Source: Clostridia bacterium (lineage in GTDB: Bacteria > Bacillota > Clostridia > Oscillospirales > CAG-272). Taken from it: a stretch of 64,000 nt of DNA. The stretch's first letter is position 1; every line of letters begins with the position of its first letter. A program made the translations under genes and the position numbers. Below, piece by piece: positions 19,101-26,129 of this stretch. The stretch is from NCBI GenBank assembly GCA_017504245.1, contig JAFVRQ010000051.1:23456-87455 (forward strand), in the 5' to 3' direction. The notes under the pieces were generated by a model. It did no database searches and was not told the origin of the DNA. It saw nothing but the letters and a program-made list of their open reading frames with translations.

Positions 19101-19450
19101 GTTAGTTAACGTTAAGATCGCCTACGCGGCGGGCGCCCACTTTTGTAAAAGTGGGTCAAAACAATCGCTTGGTGGGTGCAGATTTGACGTAAATTTTCGA
19201 TAATACGAAAACCACTATTTGCATAGTGGATTTTCTAAAATTTGCTTTGCTAAACTATAGCCGTTTGATAGCAAAATGGCTACAATAACAGTAGCAAATC
19301 ACAGATTTTGCGAATATATGAGCAAAATCGTTATGTGTTATTTTGTGAAGCAAAACAACACGATTTGCGCGGATTTAATTAATACCAAATGTTTAAAAAG
19401 TTTTTGGTTCTTTTTTCAAAAAGAACGAAAAAAACCCAATTTAAACTAAC
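19101..19450. repeat. Intergenic repeat element, long copy (350 bp), inverted relative to the copy at 56946-57098
   Basis: 19167-19204 matches the reverse complement of 57007-57044 at 36/38. 19405-19450 matches the reverse complement of 56946-56991 at 44/46. Ends are GTTAGTT...AACTAAC. Carries 200 extra internal nt (19205-19404). Confidence 0.7.
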
Positions 19451-19499
19451 TTCTTCTCCCCGACAAATCAAAATTTGAAACAAAAAAGAAGGCAAAAAA

Positions 19500-19874
19500 A
19501 TGACAAGAGAAGAATTTGCATCGTACATTGAGGATTTTTATAATATAAAATACGATTGTCCTTTTGAGGACGAGCTTGATGCTTGGGTGTTTCGTCATCC
19601 CGACAACAAGAAGTGGTTTGCGCTCGTTATGAGGATCAAAAAGCGTAAATTGGGGATCGAGAGCGACGAATACATTGACGTTGTAAATCTTAAATGTGCG
19701 CCCGAAATTATGGACGATCTATATTTTGAAGGCGGTGTTTTCCCTGCCTATCATATGAGCAAAAAGCATTGGTTGACATTAACCCTTGACGGAACGTGTA
19801 GTGATGAAACTATCAAATGGGTTACAAAAATCAGTTATGATTTGACCAAAAAGATAATACGCAAAAAGAGTTGA
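19500..19874 (+). CDS. MmcQ/YjbR family DNA-binding protein
   Basis: YDCPFEDELDAWVFRHPDNKKWFALVM...VNLKC...FPAYHMSKKHWLTLTLDG matches the YjbR family pattern. Confidence 0.8.
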   Translation: MTREEFASYIEDFYNIKYDCPFEDELDAWVFRHPDNKKWFALVMRIKKRKLGIESDEYIDVVNLKCAPEIMDDLYFEGGVFPAYHMSKKHWLTLTLDGTCSDETIKWVTKISYDLTKKIIRKKS

Positions 19875-19895
19875 CGGTTGAATCAACTCTTTTTT
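19867..19895 (+). terminator. Rho-independent terminator
   Basis: AGAGTTGA-CGGTTGAA-TCAACTCT followed by TTTTT. Overlaps the stop codon. Confidence 0.6.
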
Positions 19896-20011
19896 CATAA
19901 ATTATTAACAAATTGGTAATTATTTTCAACTCTTGTTGATAGTGCTTGATAATTGTCGAAAAATATTGTAATATGCCATCATAATAATTTGTTAATGAAG
20001 GGAAAGCTAAT

Positions 20012-20857
20012 ATGACGTACATACTTTACAATCCACAATCAGGCAATAAAAAAAGCAAAGATGAGGTCGAAAAGCTACTAAAACTAAATGGTAATCTTGG
20101 AGTTGTTGCAGATATTACGAGCTTTGATGATAAAACTGATTTTTTCAGTTCATTGAATGAAAATGAATGTATAATTGTTTGCGGCGGTGACGGCACGCTA
20201 AATCATTTTATAAATACTCATTATTCAGAGAGCATAAAAGCCGATATATTTTATTTTCCAAGCGGAAGCGGAAACGATTTTGCAAAGGATATTAATCAAT
20301 CCGATTGTTCTGCACCTATACCGATAAAAAAATATCTGAAAAATCTACCTACCGTTACAGTTAAGGGAAAAACGTACTCTTTTTTAAATAACGTAGGATT
20401 TGGAATAGACGGTTATTGCTGTGAAATGGGTGACATTCAAAAGCATAAGAACACAAGAGCTATAAATTATACTACTATTGCAATACGCGGATTGCTTTTT
20501 GATTTTAAACCGAGAAATGCAACCGTTACGGTGGATGGAATAACGAAAAATTATAAAAAAGTTTGGCTTGTTCCTACGTTCAACGGCAGGTATTTTGGCG
20601 GCGGTATGATGGCGACTCCTAACCAAAAGCGTATTGATACTGACAAAAATTTAAGCATACTAATTTTTCACAGCTCGGGTAAGCTGATAACGCTTTTATT
20701 GTTTCCGAAGATATTTAAAGGAACTCACATAAAACACAAAAAGAGAGTTGAGATAATCAAAGGAAAAGAAATTACTGTTACCTTTGACCGACCAACAACT
20801 CTTCAAATAGACGGAGAAACAATAACCGGCGTTACAGCTTATACAGCAAGAATATAA
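20012..20857 (+). CDS. Diacylglycerol kinase family lipid kinase (YegS/BmrU-like)
   Basis: CGGDGTLN catalytic-domain motif. Length and layout fit DAGK_cat family proteins. Confidence 0.85.
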   Translation: MTYILYNPQSGNKKSKDEVEKLLKLNGNLGVVADITSFDDKTDFFSSLNENECIIVCGGDGTLNHFINTHYSESIKADIFYFPSGSGNDFAKDINQSDCSAPIPIKKYLKNLPTVTVKGKTYSFLNNVGFGIDGYCCEMGDIQKHKNTRAINYTTIAIRGLLFDFKPRNATVTVDGITKNYKKVWLVPTFNGRYFGGGMMATPNQKRIDTDKNLSILIFHSSGKLITLLLFPKIFKGTHIKHKKRVEIIKGKEITVTFDRPTTLQIDGETITGVTAYTARI

Positions 20858-20885
20858 AAAAAACCGAGAATCTCTCGGTTTTTTT
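20856..20885. terminator. Bidirectional rho-independent terminator
   Basis: AAAAAAACCGAGA-ATC-TCTCGGTTTTTTT. Confidence 0.75.
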
Positions 20886-20893
20886 ATGCTTTT

Positions 20894-21436
20894 TTATTTT
20901 ACCATTCCATAGCCGCCTGCGTATTTGCTGACCTCACTTACGGCAACGAATACCTTATTATCGCAGCAAGCTCTGATTTCTTTTAATGCTTTCGGAGTTT
21001 CCTTACGGGGCAAAACGATAAATATCATATTCATTTTATCAACAGAACCGCGTCCCCCAAATACAGTATATCCTCGATTGTGCTCCTTAAGATATGTGGT
21101 AATCTTTTCGGTGCTCTCATCATTTGCTATAAGCTCAAGGTTTGATGTGCCGATTGCAATCTTGCTTTCAAGCGTTGAGCCGAGGAAGAGTCCCGTTGCA
21201 TAGCCAAAGCAATAGAAAACGAGCAAAACGTAATTATCGCCAAGCGTTCCTATTATCGTTGAAACTACAAGTCCCCAAATCATACATTCAGTAAATCCGA
21301 GCAATGCCGCCTTTCCTCTTTGCCCCTTAACCATCATACAGGTTTTGAGGGATTGAATTGTGATTTCAACAATTTTTGCAGCGCAAACCAAAAAGCACAC
21401 GGCAATTGGCGGTAATGAAGCTAATAAATAAGACAT
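20894..21436 (-). CDS. UPF0316 family membrane protein (DUF2179-containing)
   Basis: Three N-terminal TM helices with the KIVEITIQSLKT...VKGQRGKAALLGF pattern, plus a C-terminal soluble DUF2179-like domain (YTVFGGRGS...). Confidence 0.7.
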   Translation of the reverse strand: MSYLLASLPPIAVCFLVCAAKIVEITIQSLKTCMMVKGQRGKAALLGFTECMIWGLVVSTIIGTLGDNYVLLVFYCFGYATGLFLGSTLESKIAIGTSNLELIANDESTEKITTYLKEHNRGYTVFGGRGSVDKMNMIFIVLPRKETPKALKEIRACCDNKVFVAVSEVSKYAGGYGMVK

Positions 21437-21587
21437 TTTTTTATTCTCCTATGATTTTTTTCGATTAATTATATCACATTAATAATAAATATTCAAGTTT
21501 TTTTTAGTTTTTTTATAAAAGGTCTTTTATTTATAGAAATTTTGTGATATAATTAATTTATAAAAATTTGTCTTAACGGAGGTTATT

Positions 21588-23330
21588 ATGAACAGATTTC
21601 TCAAATTACTGACGTTGTTCCTTGTTCTTATTATGCTTGTACAGTCAACTGTCGTTAGCGTATTTGCTTTTACGCCACTCGACGTTGAGACTAATATATA
21701 TCAAGCAGCGGGACAACCCTCAAAGTATTCAAGCCAATATAACTCAGGTCAGCGCGACGTTATCGCCACGACTCTTAACGGTACGAGCGCGGATGCTTAC
21801 TATAGCGGAAGCTATGAATACGACGTACTTTCCGAAAAGAGCGCTAATGAAATTAAAAATGCGCTTGCTACTCTTATGAAGAGCACGCACACCTACATAT
21901 CCTCTTATGATGATTGTCACTCCAAGGCAAATCGCACCGACTGTGAAAACGAAGAGGGTTCATCAAACAAGCTTTCTCTTATTTATACGAGCTACACGGC
22001 TACTATGAGCCAATGGAACGGTTGGAACCGTGAGCACGTTTGGCCTAAATCTCTTGGCGGTAACAACACTACCGGCGGCGGCGCGGACTTGCATCATATT
22101 CGTCCTTCGGACGCAAGCGTTAATAGCAGCCGCGGAAATAAGAAATACGGTGATAGCAACAACGGAACCGCAAAATACGGTTCAAATCCCGCATCGGGTT
22201 ACCTTGGCGGTTACTATAATTCTACATACTTTGAGCCACTTGACAACGTTAAGGGTGACGTTGCAAGAATTTGCCTCTACGTTTGGATTAGATGGGGCTC
22301 ATCTTGGGGTGCTGATTCCGTTACGGAGGTATTCCAAAGCGTTGACGTTCTTCTTGAATGGATGCTTCTTGACCCCGTTGACACCTGGGAGCTTGGCAGA
22401 AACGAAGTAATTGAAGATATTCAGGGCAACAGAAATGTGTTCATTGACTACCCCGAATATGCTTGGCTCGTTTTCGGACGCGAGATTCCCGATGAGCTTG
22501 TTTCCCCTTCTGGTGAAGCGAGTGGAGGCGGATGTGATCACGTAGGCGGTAGTTCTGCTACTTGTACAACTGCACAGGTTTGCACAAAATGTGGTAAAAC
22601 AATGGTTGAAGCATTGGGTCACAATTGGAATAACGGTGAGGTGACAACACCTGCAGGTTGTACAACAAACGGTGTTAAGACAATTACCTGCACACGTTGT
22701 TCAGCAACTAAAACTACTATTATAGCTGCTACCGGTCACTCTTTCGGTTCGTGGATCACGGATAAGGATGCCACCCCAACCGAGGACGGATCAAAACACC
22801 GAGATTGTTCTCTCTGCGGTTACACGGAAACTGTTATTATCTACTACGATCATACTCATTCTTATACGTCCGTTGTTACAAAACCTACCTGTAGCTCTCA
22901 GGGCTATACAACTCACACCTGTGATTGCGGCGATTCTTACATTGATTCCTACACCAACTCTGTAGATCACACCTATGCAAATGGACTTTGTACTGTTTGT
23001 GGTGCGAAAGAACCTACGACGCCACTTGGAACAAAGGATGACTTTTCGAATATCGTTATAGAATTAGATCAAGGTATTGTTTTAGGCGAAACGAGATATC
23101 AAAAGATTTGCGAAGCAATCAATATCTATAACAGTCTTTCTCAAGCAGATAAAGACTCTCTTAACGAGCAATATGCAAAGTTAAAGAGCTATGCTTCTGA
23201 ATATAACGAAGAAGCTATTAATGCAAACGAAGAATCCGTTGCCATAAATAATATTTTAATTTCTATTTCTGTTAGCGCAGCGGTTGTATCCTTTGTGGCA
23301 TTAACACTTTTGAAAAAGAAGGTTTTTTAA
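21588..23330 (+). CDS. Surface-anchored extracellular nuclease (Endonuclease I family) with Cys-rich modules and C-terminal TM anchor
   Basis: Signal peptide. WNREHVWPKSLGG and DLHHIRPSDASVNSSRGNKKYG are Endonuclease-I motifs. Five CxxC-containing modules, a helical region and a terminal hydrophobic helix ending in KKKVF. Confidence 0.8.
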   Translation: MNRFLKLLTLFLVLIMLVQSTVVSVFAFTPLDVETNIYQAAGQPSKYSSQYNSGQRDVIATTLNGTSADAYYSGSYEYDVLSEKSANEIKNALATLMKSTHTYISSYDDCHSKANRTDCENEEGSSNKLSLIYTSYTATMSQWNGWNREHVWPKSLGGNNTTGGGADLHHIRPSDASVNSSRGNKKYGDSNNGTAKYGSNPASGYLGGYYNSTYFEPLDNVKGDVARICLYVWIRWGSSWGADSVTEVFQSVDVLLEWMLLDPVDTWELGRNEVIEDIQGNRNVFIDYPEYAWLVFGREIPDELVSPSGEASGGGCDHVGGSSATCTTAQVCTKCGKTMVEALGHNWNNGEVTTPAGCTTNGVKTITCTRCSATKTTIIAATGHSFGSWITDKDATPTEDGSKHRDCSLCGYTETVIIYYDHTHSYTSVVTKPTCSSQGYTTHTCDCGDSYIDSYTNSVDHTYANGLCTVCGAKEPTTPLGTKDDFSNIVIELDQGIVLGETRYQKICEAINIYNSLSQADKDSLNEQYAKLKSYASEYNEEAINANEESVAINNILISISVSAAVVSFVALTLLKKKVF

Positions 23331-23342
23331 TAGGAGGTCAAA

Positions 23343-23960
23343 ATGAAAAGAATTTTATTTAGTTTATTGTTAATATTCTCAATGGTTATTTGCCTCCCCT
23401 CTTGTAAGGATAATAAGGTAGAGGAAAATCCTGAATTCGCTAAATTCAACACATTGTTTGAAGCATCTTTCGAAAATTATACGATTACAGTTGAAACAAC
23501 CTCTAAAAACGGACAAGTAATTAATGATGAATACGTAGTTACAACCGTTGACGGTGTGAAAACTGTGACGTATAGAGTTGAGGTTTTAAACACCTTTGCC
23601 TTTGATGGAGAAACTATTACGGCTCCCGACAATTACAAAACCGTATACGAGGGCACATGTGAAGCTGATAAATTTATCCCCACAACCGCTATTATTCCCT
23701 CAACATCAGCTTCTTCTTCGTTTATGAATTTTGACGTTCCAAAATTTAAATTTTCTTATAATTATATTGACAACGATATGATTGTTCCCGGAATATTTAT
23801 GGGAAAAATTACTTCTCTTAACGGATTTATGGGCTTGAACGTTGAATCAAGCGAAGCTAACTTTGCTCTTGAATATGGCGCGAATGCACCTGTATCAATG
23901 CAAGTTACATACGTTACCGAAAAAGGAAACACAGTAGTTATTACATATGCATTTAACTAA
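23343..23960 (+). CDS. Lipoprotein of unknown function
   Basis: Signal peptide with lipobox (CLPSC). GGAGG RBS. Lies 12 nt after the nuclease gene. Confidence 0.5.
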   Translation: MKRILFSLLLIFSMVICLPSCKDNKVEENPEFAKFNTLFEASFENYTITVETTSKNGQVINDEYVVTTVDGVKTVTYRVEVLNTFAFDGETITAPDNYKTVYEGTCEADKFIPTTAIIPSTSASSSFMNFDVPKFKFSYNYIDNDMIVPGIFMGKITSLNGFMGLNVESSEANFALEYGANAPVSMQVTYVTEKGNTVVITYAFN

Positions 23961-23962
23961 AA

Positions 23963-23990
23963 ATTAGGGGCTCGAATTGAGCCCCTTAAT
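23963..23990. terminator. Bidirectional rho-independent terminator
   Basis: TTAGGGGCTC-GAAT-TGAGCCCCTTAA flanked by A and T runs, between convergent genes. Confidence 0.7.
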
Positions 23991-23992
23991 TT

Positions 23993-24544
23993 TTATACTA
24001 ACATCATATATTTAGTTCCGTTTTCCTTTAGCCATTTGCGTTTAGTTTTATAGCTTGGTATTACCTTCTCAACCTCTGCCCAAAAGCGTTTCGAATGGTT
24101 TATTTCAATAAGGTGAGAAAGCTCGTGAACTATCACGTAATCAAGGATTTCGCTTGGCATAAGTGCTACAAGAGCGTTAAAGTTCAGATTTTTCTTCGTT
24201 GAGCAGCTTCCAAAACGAGTTTTTTGGAATTTGATGGATATTCGGTTATACTCAACACCCATTATTTTAGAGAAATACTCAACTCGCTTCGTTATCACTA
24301 TTCGTGCGTTTTTTCTTAGTTCATTTTTCTCTGCTTCTGTTAATTTTCGAGGCATTGAGGCGAGCTTTTTCTTCATATCTGAAAGATGCTTATCTATCCA
24401 TTCTCTTTTTGAATTTAAAAATGCATCAATGTCCTTTATGCTCATTTTTATTGGAGAGCGGACTATGATTTTTGCTTCTCTGCTTATTTCAACGGAGATG
24501 CTTTTTCGTTTGCTTCTTTTGAGTATGTATTCGTATTTATTCAT
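23993..24544 (-). CDS. YgjP-like M48-family metal-dependent hydrolase (DUF45)
   Basis: YVIVHELSHLIEINHS (HExxH plus downstream H), the RFGSCS block, and the N-terminal RSKRKSISVEI pattern typical of DUF45/YgjP. Confidence 0.8.
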   Translation of the reverse strand: MNKYEYILKRSKRKSISVEISREAKIIVRSPIKMSIKDIDAFLNSKREWIDKHLSDMKKKLASMPRKLTEAEKNELRKNARIVITKRVEYFSKIMGVEYNRISIKFQKTRFGSCSTKKNLNFNALVALMPSEILDYVIVHELSHLIEINHSKRFWAEVEKVIPSYKTKRKWLKENGTKYMMLV

Positions 24545-25286
24545 TAGGAAAATTTATATTTATAGCACCGACTCCGCCGTCGATTTCAAGCTTATTCTGA
24601 CCGTTTCCGATTTTCGTATTGCCCTTTATATCGGTACCGTTTAACGTTACTGAGCCAATTCCCGTATCAATATCGAGGGTATAATCCTCGCTTTTGCCGA
24701 GAAGGTTGATATTCGTTTCGCCAACTCCGCAGTCTATAGTTGATTTGCCCTTGATTGCAGAGGTTATATTGGCTTCACCGACACCGAGATCAAGATCAAG
24801 GTGTTGAATTTCTCCTCCGTTAATATTGATAGAACCTGCACCCGTATCGATTTCTACGTTCTGAGCATTCAGACATTCAATATCAACCGATCCCGCGCCT
24901 GCGTCAAGCTCAAATGATTTAAGCATTGCATCGGTGGGTACGGTGAGAATAATCTCACCGGCTTTGCCGTAATTGATAGATAAAAATTGATGGTTCTTTT
25001 GCTTGATTTTTAGCGTTGAATCGCTTGTTACGCTTAATTTTCCAATGTTCGTTGACAATGCAAATTTATCACCAAGCACGATCCTCAAGCTTGCCGCGGA
25101 AAGATCAATATCAATGCTTTCAATGTTTTGTGAAAGCTCAATTGAATACATCTCGTCAAGTACACTATTATTACTAATTCCAAAAACTGTTGCCATAAGA
25201 CTGATACCTCCAAGAATTATTGCAGCTGCCAAGGATAATGCCAAAAACAACGCAAGATATTTTATAGCTCTTTGAAAATGCGTCAT
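24537..25286 (-). CDS. DUF4097-like beta-repeat protein with N-terminal TM anchor (LiaG-like)
   Basis: One N-terminal TM helix, then repeats of the GAGS(V/I)DI / GVGE(A/T)NI / GIGSVTL type. ATGA overlap with the upstream gene. Confidence 0.65.
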   Translation of the reverse strand: MTHFQRAIKYLALFLALSLAAAIILGGISLMATVFGISNNSVLDEMYSIELSQNIESIDIDLSAASLRIVLGDKFALSTNIGKLSVTSDSTLKIKQKNHQFLSINYGKAGEIILTVPTDAMLKSFELDAGAGSVDIECLNAQNVEIDTGAGSININGGEIQHLDLDLGVGEANITSAIKGKSTIDCGVGETNINLLGKSEDYTLDIDTGIGSVTLNGTDIKGNTKIGNGQNKLEIDGGVGAININFPNE

Positions 25287-25963
25287 TTAATATCAACTCC
25301 TCCAAAGGTGCATAAGCCCTCAATATAAATCGTGTGCGTTGCAGAACTATTGTTATTCTTTATAACCTCAACTCCACCGAAAACAGATGTTGTGTTGGTT
25401 ACAATTTTAACGTTATCGGGAACGAGAATATCTATTCCGCCAAATGCACAGCAAACCTTTATTACGCAATCTCGGTCAATGATTGCGTTTCTGAGGTCAC
25501 AGTCAATTCCACCGAAAACCGCAGTTAAATCTGCGCCTTCAAATACTACGTTATCAAAATCCATTTCTGTTCCGCAGAATACCGCTGTGCCCTGCTGAAG
25601 ATTTTTTCCTTCCTTTTTAATTTCCTTAATTATTCTGTCAGTTTTATCCTTCTTAAAGGAGGAAAAAATCATCTTCAATCCAACAATAGCAATTACTAAG
25701 GGGAATGCAATCTTCCAGATCATATCCCAGCTAATGATTTCCTGCGCGGAAAGAAGCAATAGAATTCCTATGCAAAGTCCAAATACGGATCCACTCTTGT
25801 TTCTATCCTGAATTAAGCCAACAAATGACGGAATGATGATAAAAAGAGTCCACCAACCGTCAAAAAAGAGGTCAAAATTGATAAGACCAAATGAATTAAG
25901 GGCGAGAATTACTGCCGCTATTACGAGGACTATGCCCCATATTGTTCGTTTTAAGTTTTTCAT
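25283..25963 (-). CDS. LiaF-like cell-wall-stress membrane protein (DUF2154-like C-terminus)
   Basis: Four N-terminal TM helices, then a C-terminal FGG(I/V)D(I/C) repeat domain as in LiaF family proteins. Confidence 0.6.
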   Translation of the reverse strand: MKNLKRTIWGIVLVIAAVILALNSFGLINFDLFFDGWWTLFIIIPSFVGLIQDRNKSGSVFGLCIGILLLLSAQEIISWDMIWKIAFPLVIAIVGLKMIFSSFKKDKTDRIIKEIKKEGKNLQQGTAVFCGTEMDFDNVVFEGADLTAVFGGIDCDLRNAIIDRDCVIKVCCAFGGIDILVPDNVKIVTNTTSVFGGVEVIKNNNSSATHTIYIEGLCTFGGVDIK

Positions 25964-26071
25964 AAAAATTCTCCTTTCTATTTATGCTTTAATTATATCA
26001 TAAATACAGAAAAATGCAACACTTTTTGGTTGCTTTTTTGCTACTTTAGGTTGCATTTTGCTTTTTTCTGC

Positions 26072-26100
26072 TTGAATTTGAGGAGGTTTTATGGTATAAT
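26072..26100 (+). promoter_or_regulatory. Strong sigma-A promoter for the GTPase-NYN gene
   Basis: TTGAAT, 17 nt spacer, TATAAT with an upstream TGG (extended -10). Lies 30 nt before the start codon. Confidence 0.55.
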
Positions 26101-26129
26101 TAAGAAAATATATATGAAGGGAGAAGAAA

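Noticed and set aside
19093-19200. 35-aa sORF (MKKLVNVKIAYAAGAHFCKSGSKQSLGGCRFDVNFR) beginning just before the repeat element
   Set aside because: GGAG abuts the ATG with no spacer. The ORF is also not preserved in the second copy of the element (no ATG, different frame content).
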